Shown: one piece after another, positions 1 to 7,704 of the stretch | How positions within the stretch are numbered: position 1 is the stretch's first letter | Layout: the number at the start of each line of letters is the position of its first letter | UHGV virus genome: UHGV-1367882 | Origin: a virus | Reading direction: 5' to 3' (one strand) | Length of the DNA: 38,869 bases | The notes under the pieces: generated by a model | Told to the model about the DNA's origin: nothing | The model's database searches: none | What the model saw: only the letters and a program-made list of their open reading frames with translations | Translations under genes and position numbers: made by a program

Positions 1-150
1 CAGAAAATCGGCCTGCCGCTGTTCCGCGCCCTTGGGCTGGTACGTGCGGTCCACCGCAATCCGGAAGCTGGTAACCGGGATCTGGCTCTGGGTGTGACGG
101 AGCTCCGGGTCAGCCACCATCCGTCCCATCAAACAAACTGCATTAAGCAT
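1..150 (-). CDS. ssb: Single-stranded DNA-binding protein, N-terminal 50 codons; continues in-frame at 38869..38561
   Basis: Minus-strand ATG at 150..148 with RBS AAGGAAG. Translation MLNAVCLMGRMVADPELRHTQSQIPVTSFRIAVDRTYQPKGAEQRQADFL is an OB-fold SSB N-terminus. 150 nt is exactly 50 codons and has no stop before position 1. Confidence 0.8.
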   Translation of the reverse strand, partial: MLNAVCLMGRMVADPELRHTQSQIPVTSFRIAVDRTYQPKGAEQRQADFL

Positions 151-340
151 GTCGCACTTCCTTTCTTTTTCCTATAGCCAGCGTCTTCGTTAGATACTGC
201 TGGTATGGCGTGTATTGGTAATACATCCCGCATTTGTCCGGCGAGTTCTGACAGACAAGCGTGCATCTTTCCCGCTGTTTGCATTTATAGCAGCAGATTT
301 CCGGCTTGCACGTTGCTACCAGGCATTCATGATCCTTCAT
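143..340 (-). CDS. Small Cys-rich (zinc-ribbon-like) protein, ~65 aa
   Basis: ATG at 340 sits behind RBS GGAGAGGAG. The protein has several CxxC-like Cys pairs (CKPEICCYKCK...CTLVC...C). It lies between the replisome organizer and ssb. Confidence 0.4.
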   Translation of the reverse strand: MKDHECLVATCKPEICCYKCKQRERCTLVCQNSPDKCGMYYQYTPYQQYLTKTLAIGKRKEVRHA

Positions 341-1175
341 TGTTCTCCTCTCCATGTACCGGCCTGTATACCGGCACAAAAGCGTTTAAGGCTTCGTCAT
401 AATCGGATAGGTCAAACGACGTTTCCCGCTTCCGTTTGGCTTTGAGCTTCCCGCTTGCTGCGTCCTGTGCCATCCATTTTGCCGCCGCAATTAGGGCCTC
501 CTGCCCCTGCTTGCGGTACTTTGCCGCCTTAGTTAGATATGCCTTGACCGTTGCGCTCCCGTAGGTGTTTTCCAATTCTTCACGAGTGAGATGCGGGGAG
601 GCGGCAGGAGGCGGAGCCTCCTCTCCTCTACTCTCCTTTACTTTACTTTCCTCTACTTTACTTTGTGAATTATCACAGGAAGAAACCGGGGTTTTCTTTA
701 AATTAACGGGGGTTTTCTTTAAATTTACCGATTTAAACTCAAGTTTCTTAAGGGCATTGGCCGGAACGTCTTTTCGATCATCCTTGTTCAACAACCAATA
801 CTCTTGATAGATAGGTATTTGATCGCGGGTACTTACGGCTCTTATGTACCTGCGCTGGATACCCGCTGATGTCAGAATGCCAAACACCTGAAATACCCCA
901 CTGTCAAAAATGGAACGTCTCAGGCACCCATGCACCACCTGCGTTATGTTCTCGGGGGTTATCCCACAACCGACAGCATCCGCCATCAGGAAGCAGGCAT
1001 CTTCACCCCACACTTTGTAGTATCCAGTCCCTCGGTAAATTTCACACAGAATCGCCAGCAGAATGACGATCCCTTTCGCGCCGAACTCTCCTTTTATGAG
1101 CCGGACTTTATCGTCCTGGAAGAAATCTGTGTCCAGCGGAAAATAGTCAACCCCGTCCTTGATCGGCCGGGCCAA
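327..1175 (-). CDS. Phage replisome organizer (DUF4373 / Lin1244-like N-terminal domain)
   Basis: Motif DYFPLDTDFFQDDKVRLIKGEFGAKGIVILLAILCEIYRGTGYY is present. The probable start is TTG at 1175, behind GGGAGGAGG. The ORF-track extension to 1316 has no RBS. Confidence 0.65.
   Translation of the reverse strand: MARPIKDGVDYFPLDTDFFQDDKVRLIKGEFGAKGIVILLAILCEIYRGTGYYKVWGEDACFLMADAVGCGITPENITQVVHGCLRRSIFDSGVFQVFGILTSAGIQRRYIRAVSTRDQIPIYQEYWLLNKDDRKDVPANALKKLEFKSVNLKKTPVNLKKTPVSSCDNSQSKVEESKVKESRGEEAPPPAASPHLTREELENTYGSATVKAYLTKAAKYRKQGQEALIAAAKWMAQDAASGKLKAKRKRETSFDLSDYDEALNAFVPVYRPVHGEENNEGS
686..727. repeat. 21-bp tandem direct repeat (x2) inside the replisome-organizer gene; candidate origin iterons
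   Basis: ccggggttttctttaaattaa / cgggggttttctttaaattta are adjacent. They encode the duplicated peptide KKTPVNL. Confidence 0.5.
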
Positions 1176-1351
1176 TATATCGCCTCCTCCCGCCGTGAGG
1201 GTAGCTGCACCAATCGGCGCTGATGTCGTACCGGTGATACTTGCAGCTATCCTTGGTGCAATGGTCCATGTGTACCAGCCCGTATACCGGGCAGTGTATG
1301 TAGGACCGGCTCTCAATCACCCTGCCCAGCCTACGGCAAATTCCGCACCCC

Positions 1352-1392
1352 CCTGGGGCCGGAAGAGGGTTTACATCTCTTCCGGCCCCAGG
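1352..1392. promoter_or_regulatory. Near-perfect 16-bp-stem inverted repeat between recT and the replisome-organizer gene
   Basis: cctggggccggaagag-ggtttacat-ctcttccggccccagg. There is no flanking T/A tract, so it is not a canonical intrinsic terminator. Confidence 0.5.
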
Positions 1393-1408
1393 TTCACTCC
1401 TTGCGCTC

Positions 1409-2212
1409 TCACTCAATCTTTTCGGCTTCCCCGGTGGTTTCATCAACAACATATCCTTCCACTTCGATAACCGTCTCGTCAGGTTCTCCAAACATATCAT
1501 TGGAAATCTCCGACTTAATGGTTTCATCGGTGGATATGGCCCGGTTAAAATCAGTTTTAAGAGGAGCATACTTCAATACTTTCTTTAGTACTGTTTTCTT
1601 TGCCATTTCTTCAAAATTCGATTGCCACGGGCCATTGTTGTAGGCTTTGCTGAATTTTTGTGCATGGGCTCTAATATCCTCTACGCTCATAACCTCAAAC
1701 CCATATCCACCATCTTTTGTCCGAAACACTGCATAAAAATATGAGGGATTCCCACGGTTTGATTTCGCGGGGACATGATGCAGCTTTGGTTCCAGACCAA
1801 GCTCATATTCAAAATCATCGTTTTCATACACGGTATGAGCCTGAATAGTGGATACCTCTCCGGATCGGTATGCGAGATCGATCAGGCCTTTGTATCCCAG
1901 CTGAAATTGGCACTCCATTTTTCCGTGGTTTCTGAATGGAACCAAATATGCCTGGCCAAGCGGTGTATTGGGCTCCATACCCAATTGGGCCGCCGTCATC
2001 ATAGCGCCAAGAAAACTTTGTGGTGTGCATTGTTGCAAGGCTTGGTTACTGCTTAGAGCAGATAGCGTAATGCGTGTAAACCGTTCCGGAGTAATTACGG
2101 ACGGCAGGGCCTTGGCAATCTCCCCTTGCATACGCTTGATATAGTCCTGCATGGTATGGGGTTTTCCTTTCGACATTTGAGCAACCTGTGCTTTTTGAAT
2201 GGCATCTTCCAT
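1409..2212 (-). CDS. recT: RecT-family single-strand annealing protein
   Basis: The motif TPQSFLGAMMTAAQLGMEPNTPLGQAYLVPF and the overall RecT signature are present. It is paired with the YqaJ exonuclease gene upstream. Confidence 0.85.
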   Translation of the reverse strand: MEDAIQKAQVAQMSKGKPHTMQDYIKRMQGEIAKALPSVITPERFTRITLSALSSNQALQQCTPQSFLGAMMTAAQLGMEPNTPLGQAYLVPFRNHGKMECQFQLGYKGLIDLAYRSGEVSTIQAHTVYENDDFEYELGLEPKLHHVPAKSNRGNPSYFYAVFRTKDGGYGFEVMSVEDIRAHAQKFSKAYNNGPWQSNFEEMAKKTVLKKVLKYAPLKTDFNRAISTDETIKSEISNDMFGEPDETVIEVEGYVVDETTGEAEKIE

Positions 2213-2213
2213 T

Positions 2214-3185
2214 TCACTTTTCCTCCCGTTTTTCTTTATTCTGATTAATACGCATAACCCGACTAATGCTGGACTTATAGTATGGCGATAAATCCATATC
2301 CGCGTGATCGGCTGCGAAGCCCTTGGTATCGAATGTGCGTCTTTCCTGCGCCTTCCATGTCACTTTATATCCGGTGCAGGTCCCTGTAGACGCCTCGCCC
2401 ATATCTTGCTGAAGGGTCTGTTTGATTTTTTCCATTTGTCGTTCAATACCTTTTTTATCATCGGATAATGTAAAATAATCCGTCAATAACTGCTCGCGTC
2501 CAAACAGCTCTACACACCCATCGTTTTGTCCCGCATATATGGTCTGTAAGGCATCCCCGGTAGGCATAGTTCCGTCAGCAGGAGGCTGAGTATCTGTGAT
2601 GATGTACGTTTCCCAAAAATCTGAGGCAATATGTTTCAGCGTTTCGATCTCTTCCGGGCTAACATATACACTGCTTTCGCACCATTCAGGCTTTATGTCA
2701 TCCTTAATGGTGGTCAGCTGATAAATGTGAAAAGCGCGGTTTAGAATCAACGCTGCCAAGTACCATCGGCTCCATCCAGTAACCGCCAGATATGCTACGC
2801 ACTGTGCGTAATAACTCTCTGGGAACTCTCCGTTCTGGTAAGCACCCATATTCAAAGCGCTTGCCGTCTTGCACTCAAGGCCGGAATCTTCACCGATAAT
2901 TCGCCGGTCAATATTGGCGTGCAGATATGGGCATCCATCGTTTCGCAGAATGAAATTCATTCGCTGAACACTTTTTCCTGCTTTCTCACAGAATCTTTCT
3001 GCAACATAATTTTCCAGATCACGTCCCTGCCGCATGGCTTCATTGTCTTCCTTTGGCGGCAGTCTACCCGTTTTCTCCGCCCAGACCGAATAAGGTGACC
3101 GGTAAGGATTCATTCCCAATACAGCCCCCACATCGGAACCACCAAGGCTTTTCTTTCGCTCTTCCAGCCATTCATCTTCACTCAT
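2214..3185 (-). CDS. YqaJ-like viral recombinase exonuclease (lambda-exonuclease fold)
   Basis: KKSLGGSDVGAVLGMNPYRSPYSVW motif. ATG at 3185 sits 1 nt after the upstream stop. The track start at 3239 would overlap the upstream ORF by 53 nt. Confidence 0.8.
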   Translation of the reverse strand: MSEDEWLEERKKSLGGSDVGAVLGMNPYRSPYSVWAEKTGRLPPKEDNEAMRQGRDLENYVAERFCEKAGKSVQRMNFILRNDGCPYLHANIDRRIIGEDSGLECKTASALNMGAYQNGEFPESYYAQCVAYLAVTGWSRWYLAALILNRAFHIYQLTTIKDDIKPEWCESSVYVSPEEIETLKHIASDFWETYIITDTQPPADGTMPTGDALQTIYAGQNDGCVELFGREQLLTDYFTLSDDKKGIERQMEKIKQTLQQDMGEASTGTCTGYKVTWKAQERRTFDTKGFAADHADMDLSPYYKSSISRVMRINQNKEKREEK

Positions 3186-3186
3186 A

Positions 3187-3684
3187 TCAAGAGTGGATAT
3201 TTTTGTAACCATCCTTAATTCCCCTTTCTTCCGCGACATACTCCCGCAGCATCTGGGTGAGCATGTCCACCTGTGCGTTTCGTGCGGCGGCCTCTACGGC
3301 ATCCTGCGCGGAGGTCCGTGCGACCCATGCGGCGTCCTCTGCGGCGGCCAGCTCCTCATCTGTAGCCTCTCCGGCTATCCACCGGCGCTTAACAACTATT
3401 GCGTTGATGGATCTGGGGTCAGGGTTATCTATCCGTGATAAGGCATCTTCCGCGCAGCGGCAGGCACATGCATGGAGCATGGGGGCTGGGATAAACTCTT
3501 CTCGCAGTACCGCCCATAATCTGTGCTCGGCAGGTATCCTGCGCAATGCCAATATCTCCAGTGCATTCGCCGATCCGCCCAGCTTGCGGGCGTAATATCT
3601 CAGTCGACGGCGGCCTTGCTCGCTATTCCGCCAGCACGGATTGAAGCTCAGAAATTCATCGAGCGTTACCCGCGGTAATTTCAT
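3187..3684 (-). CDS. Hypothetical early phage protein (165 aa)
   Basis: Long ORF sitting in the operon with recT and yqaJ. No motif recognised. Confidence 0.5.
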   Translation of the reverse strand: MKLPRVTLDEFLSFNPCWRNSEQGRRRLRYYARKLGGSANALEILALRRIPAEHRLWAVLREEFIPAPMLHACACRCAEDALSRIDNPDPRSINAIVVKRRWIAGEATDEELAAAEDAAWVARTSAQDAVEAAARNAQVDMLTQMLREYVAEERGIKDGYKNIHS

Positions 3685-3717
3685 TTGACATCTCCCCTTT
3701 CTTCCGCTACAATGAGG

Positions 3718-3936
3718 TTAAGAGATTTTCCTTTGCGTCCGTCTCGACTGTTGCCGCAGTCGGGGCGTTCTTTTTTTGCGCTGGACCGCTCTCGCCGCCT
3801 TAGGCCATATGTACCCTCCCACCATCAGCGCCACGCCTGTCCCGCCCACCAGGGCGATCACCGACAGCGGCGCGTCTACCAGGCAGGTCGATATCCACGC
3901 TAGGATTAGGCCGGTTACAATTAACACTCCTGACAT
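3718..3936 (-). CDS. Small membrane protein (~72 aa)
   Basis: Internal Met start. Hydrophobic segments VLIVTGLILAWISTCLV and ALVGGTGVALMVGGYIW are followed by a basic tail. Confidence 0.4.
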   Translation of the reverse strand: MSGVLIVTGLILAWISTCLVDAPLSVIALVGGTGVALMVGGYIWPKAARAVQRKKRTPRLRQQSRRTQRKIS

Positions 3937-3947
3937 GGTTTCACTTC

Positions 3948-4157
3948 CTATTCTTTCGGAACTCGTCCGGTTCGTGCAAATTCTTCGAAAGGGGCACGTG
4001 GGACATCGTAGACCCATTTGTCGCTGCTGGTTTGATATGCCATACCGATAGGGTATGTCCCCCGCCGTAAGGCGCTCCTGATCGATTCAGGATTCGTCTT
4101 GCCCAATATCCTTGCCATTTCCTCCGGCGTAATAAGCGCCGGGTTTTTCTTTTTCAT
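3948..4157 (-). CDS. HTH DNA-binding protein (excisionase / MerR-like HTH_17 type)
   Basis: ITPEEMARILGKTNPESIRSALRRGTYPIGMAY...KWVYDV. RBS GGGAGG lies 8 nt before the ATG at 4157. Confidence 0.55.
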   Translation of the reverse strand: MKKKNPALITPEEMARILGKTNPESIRSALRRGTYPIGMAYQTSSDKWVYDVPRAPFEEFARTGRVPKE

Positions 4158-4167
4158 GTGTTTCACC

Positions 4168-4332
4168 TCCCTGCTAATAACTCAAAAAGTAATGATAGGC
4201 AAAGGCATCCAGAAGCTGTCATCCAAAGCAGCAACGTCTTTTTTGCTCCCGGCACATCTCCTATACATACATCCAGAAACGCCGCCAGAAAAAGGATGGG
4301 GATTAAGAGCAACAATATAATAACCTCACCCA
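4168..4332 (-). CDS. Small hydrophobic protein, 54 aa (below the ORF-track cutoff)
   Basis: ATG at 4332 follows the stop of the RHH gene. Product MGEVIILLLLIPILFLAAFLDVC... Its stop overlaps the RBS of the next gene. Confidence 0.3.
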
Positions 4333-4347
4333 TGAGCTTCACCCGCC

Positions 4348-4504
4348 CTCATTTCTTTTCGCCCTTTCTTTTGTTCTGCTGGTTTAACCAGTCATGCAAG
4401 ATTTTTAATACAAGAGCGTTTCTGGTATATCCAAGTTTTTGTGCGTACTCTTTGAGTTCTTTTTGAAAGTTATCCGGCGCTCGTATGGTCATTATGTTCT
4501 CCAT
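4348..4504 (-). CDS. Ribbon-helix-helix (Arc/CopG-like) DNA-binding protein, 52 aa
   Basis: Hand translation gives MENIMTIRAPDNFQKELKEYAQKLGYTRNALVLKILHDWLNQQNKRKGEKK. This is the first gene of the minus-strand early operon. It is not in the ORF track. Confidence 0.55.
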
Positions 4505-4522
4505 TGCTTTTCCTCCTATTTG

Positions 4523-4616
4523 TTTTCAGTGATATCACTATGACAATATCATTTATTTTCAGTGATGTCAATATGAAAGTAGATTTTTTTTTCAAAATGA
4601 TTTATAGTGATGTCAT
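4523..4616. promoter_or_regulatory. Divergent promoter/operator region with three AGTGAT(A/G)TCA repeats
   Basis: agtgatatca (4529), agtgatgtca (4561), agtgatgtca (4606). One overlaps a TTGACA on the minus strand. One overlaps a TATAGT -10 for the plus-strand RHH gene. Confidence 0.5.
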
Positions 4617-4640
4617 TAAGACATCTAGGAGGGAGAAACC

Positions 4641-4829
4641 GTGGCGACTGATAAGCGCCCTACCATGCTTCGATTACCGGAACACTTATACGAAAAAGTT
4701 CGATATTTGGCTTATGTAGAGCACCGATCTGTAAATATGCAGATTGAGCACGCCCTCGAGTTGTACATTGCCGATTACGAATTCAAGCACGGGCCTATTT
4801 CAATTCCAGCGCCTTCCGAAGAAGAATGA
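4641..4829 (+). CDS. Ribbon-helix-helix protein, 62 aa (GTG start)
   Basis: RBS GGAGGGAG 5 nt before the GTG. PTMLRLPEHLYEKVRYLAYVEHRSVNMQIEHALELYI is a classic Arc-type RHH. Confidence 0.55.
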   Translation: MATDKRPTMLRLPEHLYEKVRYLAYVEHRSVNMQIEHALELYIADYEFKHGPISIPAPSEEE

Positions 4830-4929
4830 TGACTTCTGTGTTAAAGCTCTGTCCTTCATCCTCCGCCTGCCGCTGTATCTGCTCTTTAAGATCAGCCGGT
4901 AGGCGGATTGTCGTTTGCTCTCGATCCAT
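4795..4929 (-). CDS. Ribbon-helix-helix protein, 44 aa
   Basis: AGGAGG RBS then ATG at 4929. Product MDREQTTIRLPADLKEQIQRQAEDEGQSFNTEVIILLRKALELK. Its 3' end overlaps the convergent RHH gene by ~35 nt. Not in the ORF track. Confidence 0.45.
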   Translation of the reverse strand: MDREQTTIRLPADLKEQIQRQAEDEGQSFNTEVIILLRKALELK

Positions 4930-4965
4930 TTTTATTGCCTCCTGTAAGAAAATGTGTGAAAAGTG

Positions 4966-4994
4966 TTGACTTTTCTCGCTCCGTGTAGGATACT
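4966..4994 (+). promoter_or_regulatory. Sigma-70-type promoter for the lipoprotein/YHYH cassette
   Basis: TTGACT, 17-nt spacer, GATACT. Sits 20 nt upstream of the GAGGAGGG RBS. Confidence 0.5.
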
Positions 4995-5013
4995 CTCCTT
5001 GAGGAGGGAGAAT

Positions 5014-5307
5014 ATGAAAAAGTCTGTATTTTGTGCGGTTATTTGCCTTGCAATGGTTTTTTCTTTCTGCGCTTGCTCCGCTTCTTCTGAACCATCTTCC
5101 GAATCGTCTTCTGATGATATTCAGTGGGAGCTACTTGAAAGCACTAACATGAACGACAAAGAGAAACTCGCGTTCATGATCGCCAAAGAAATAACTGTGG
5201 CAAAAATGTCTGGTTCCACAGATTTGACCGCGTATAGCGGGGAAAACGCCGCGACCTTTTTTAATCAGGTGTATTCCGAAGTGCTTGGAATACTACTTAC
5301 GAAATGA
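5014..5307 (+). CDS. Small secreted / lipoprotein-like protein
   Basis: MKKSVFCAVICLAMVFSFCACSASS is a signal peptide with Cys near the cleavage region. The RBS is strong. The track ORF starts upstream at an alternative codon. Confidence 0.6.
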   Translation: MKKSVFCAVICLAMVFSFCACSASSEPSSESSSDDIQWELLESTNMNDKEKLAFMIAKEITVAKMSGSTDLTAYSGENAATFFNQVYSEVLGILLTK

Positions 5308-5753
5308 AAAAACAACTCAGGTTGTTCCGTTTAGGAGCTGTTATTGCCATCATTTTAATGATGATGATTTCGATTTCCACATCTGCTCATAGCGGTGGAA
5401 CGGACAGCAAAGGTGGCCATTATAACCACTACACAGGAGAATATCATTATCATCATGGTCATCCTGCTCACCAGCATCCCGATGGGGTTTGTCCGTATGG
5501 GGATTACGGGACATCAAGTAACGCAACACCGGAAAATAATCTAAAATCATTTAAAGATCGGCATCCGATTATTAATTTTTTTCTTGGGCTATCGTTTGTT
5601 TTTCTTTGCGTTTGCGCAATTTTTTTATTTGTTGAATTTATTTTTACGCTTCTTACTGGCAACGGATTTGAAGATAAACAGGCGCGAATTATGATTGGGA
5701 TTATTTCATCTACGTCATTTTTTGTATATGTTGTATCGTTTTTCTTCTTTTAG
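5304..5753 (+). CDS. YHYH-motif, His-rich membrane protein (predicted metal-binding)
   Basis: N-terminal signal/TM, then GGHYNHYTGEYHYHHGHPAHQHPDGVCPYGDYG, then two C-terminal TM helices. Overlaps the upstream gene by ATGA. Confidence 0.6.
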   Translation: MKKQLRLFRLGAVIAIILMMMISISTSAHSGGTDSKGGHYNHYTGEYHYHHGHPAHQHPDGVCPYGDYGTSSNATPENNLKSFKDRHPIINFFLGLSFVFLCVCAIFLFVEFIFTLLTGNGFEDKQARIMIGIISSTSFFVYVVSFFFF

Positions 5754-5754
5754 T

Positions 5755-5780
5755 CCCCTGCTTCGGCAGGGGATTTTTTA
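5755..5780 (+). terminator. Rho-independent terminator after the YHYH gene
   Basis: cccctgc-ttcg-gcagggg followed by atttttta. Confidence 0.75.
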
Positions 5781-6581
5781 TGCCGTCGCCTGATCGTGCT
5801 GTGTCCCAAGCAAAGATTCAATATGCCGGGCAATAGCTGCGTTTTCTGCCTCAATGGAACTTATCAATTCCTTTGCATCTGCTATTTTCAAAGCGTTTTT
5901 ATTGAGTTTGCGCTTGAGCCTATCGGCTTCTTTCTTGGTTTGGGCATTTGGCTTTGTCTCGCGGGAATATCTGGCTTCAGCTTTTTTTACAGCTTCGTTC
6001 ACACACTGCCGGGACACTCCAAGCGCTTCGCCGATTCCCTTAAATGTCATTCCCCGCTTGCGGAGTTCTATATACAATGCGGTTTTATCGGATACGTTAT
6101 CAATGTCTATGTCCGCGACCGAATCCCGAATCTTCGCTATTCTATTCAGCCTGGCGGCAGCTCTCTTTAATTCGTGCTTACACACAGCGCAAAGGCCGTC
6201 TTTTGCGGTTGTAGGATAATTGCATCTCTTACACGGCACGGCGTTGGCATACGGATTTATAAGGCCCGTTCGATAAGCGTGGCTGGCGTTTTCCGACCTT
6301 GTTACCCACTCCAAATTTTCAACCCGGTTGTTTGCGGGGTTCCCGTCGATGTGATTGACTTCGGGCTTATCATCCGGATTTGGTATAAACGCCTCGGCGA
6401 TAAGACGATGCACATAGAAATTCCTTTGTTTTCCATCTATCATGGCAGATACGACCCGATACCTTCCGTTGCGTCCCGTTTTAGCCTGTACGGCCAGCTC
6501 CTTTTTTCCGTCATTGATTCGGTATACTTCGCCGATGTCGTTTACCTCGAACAGGCCGTTTTCAATGATGGCGGTTTTCAT
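5778..6581 (-). CDS. HNH homing-type endonuclease (NUMOD4 / HNH_3) with C-terminal sigma-70 region-4-like HTH
   Basis: NHIDGNPANNRVENLEWVTRSEN (HNH_3). CKRCNYP...CAVCK is a zinc-ribbon-like segment. TALYIELRKRGMTFKGIGEALGVSRQCV is an HTH. Confidence 0.75.
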   Translation of the reverse strand: MKTAIIENGLFEVNDIGEVYRINDGKKELAVQAKTGRNGRYRVVSAMIDGKQRNFYVHRLIAEAFIPNPDDKPEVNHIDGNPANNRVENLEWVTRSENASHAYRTGLINPYANAVPCKRCNYPTTAKDGLCAVCKHELKRAAARLNRIAKIRDSVADIDIDNVSDKTALYIELRKRGMTFKGIGEALGVSRQCVNEAVKKAEARYSRETKPNAQTKKEADRLKRKLNKNALKIADAKELISSIEAENAAIARHIESLLGTQHDQATA

Positions 6582-6763
6582 GATGCGTTGTCCTCCTCCG
6601 CGTTGTGGCTTTGATCTTTTTTTCGCTCCAAAAGGATGCCTTGCATAACGCCGGAAATAAACATCTTTTGAGGATCATCCATTTTCTTAAATTGTTCTAT
6701 CACACGTTTTATAGTAACTTTCTTATTCAACGTATCACCTCCCGGTTGAGCTGTTGTGCTCAT
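6578..6763 (-). CDS. Small early protein at the cro position, divergent from the repressor
   Basis: First minus-strand gene after the cI/operator region. ATGA-coupled to the HNH gene. No clear HTH seen. Confidence 0.4.
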   Translation of the reverse strand: MSTTAQPGGDTLNKKVTIKRVIEQFKKMDDPQKMFISGVMQGILLERKKDQSHNAEEDNAS

Positions 6764-6783
6764 TATAAGCGTTTAAACCGAGC

Positions 6784-6829
6784 TTGTCAACCCATTTTTG
6801 TAAAATAATTTTGCAAAAATGGGTTGTAA
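6784..6829. promoter_or_regulatory. ~46-bp imperfect palindrome in the cI/cro intergenic region (operator)
   Basis: ttgtcaacccatttttgtaaaa-taa-ttttgcaaaaatgggttgtaa. It overlaps TTGCAA and TGTTATACT promoter-like hexamers. Confidence 0.5.
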
Positions 6830-6878
6830 TGCTCAAATCTATTTGTTATACTAATAATCAATGATTGGAGGGATTAAC

Positions 6879-7241
6879 ATGACCATTTCAGAACGGATAA
6901 AAAAGGTTAGAACATCCTTGGGGATGTCTCAAGAAAAATTCGGCGCTCAGTTGGGGACTAGCCGAGACGCCATAAATAATGCAGAAAACGGTAGAGCTGA
7001 AATAAAAGAAACTCTTATCAAATTGATCTGCAAAGAATTTAATGTGGAATACGAATGGATTAAAACCGGCAACGGATCCATGTTCCATCAAAGTTCTGAC
7101 GACGATATCCCCGCCATGGTTGATGAATTGATGGCAAGTGAAAACGAAACAGCCAAAGCGGTTTTCCGCGCTTTTACACAGTTAGATGAGGATGATTGGA
7201 AAGTAGTCGCAAAGATTATTGATTTATTAGGCAAAAAATAA
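6879..7241 (+). CDS. XRE-family HTH transcriptional repressor (CI-like)
   Basis: MTISERIKKVRTSLGMSQEKFGAQLGTSRDAINNAENG is an HTH_3. RBS GGAGGG. The track start is slightly upstream. Confidence 0.8.
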   Translation: MTISERIKKVRTSLGMSQEKFGAQLGTSRDAINNAENGRAEIKETLIKLICKEFNVEYEWIKTGNGSMFHQSSDDDIPAMVDELMASENETAKAVFRAFTQLDEDDWKVVAKIIDLLGKK

Positions 7242-7270
7242 GGAGGGCAAAACGCCCTCCTTCGGTTTTC
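7242..7270 (+). terminator. Rho-independent terminator after the repressor gene
   Basis: ggagggc-aaaac-gccctcc followed by ttcggttttc. Confidence 0.6.
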
Positions 7271-7704
7271 TGGTATTTAGTGGTGTCTATGTAGATAAGC
7301 GATAAAGTTGTAAATACGCCTTAGAATATCTTCGTCTGCAATCTCACTGAGCATGTCCATAATTAACTTAGCGTATCCTGTCACCCTAATACCCTCCTAC
7401 TTGTTATATGTAATGTTTAAAACCCGCACATTTCAGAACATTTGTTTGATTTTGTCTTATTATACTCTCACCGCATCGAAAAATCAACCGTAATATATTA
7501 CGCGCCGCTCGGAGGATTGTCGCGATCTGATATGGTCATTTGCTAAGCGCACACTCAATATCACATTTGCATATCTTATATATCAATTATAGAGCATTAG
7601 GTATAAATTTGACAAGGAAAAATATTCCATCGAGTAAAATTTTCACATTTAAATTTGTGGAAAATGCTGGATTTCGTTGATTTTTACATAGATCAAGGAT
7701 TAAA

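Noticed and set aside
327-1316. Longer 329-aa form of the replisome organizer starting at 1316, and the 1147..1569 minus ORF
   Set aside because: The N-terminal extension has no RBS and is low-complexity (Thr/Ala/Gly-rich). A TTG with a GGGAGGAGG RBS at 1175 precedes the conserved domain. The 1147..1569 ORF overlaps recT out of frame.
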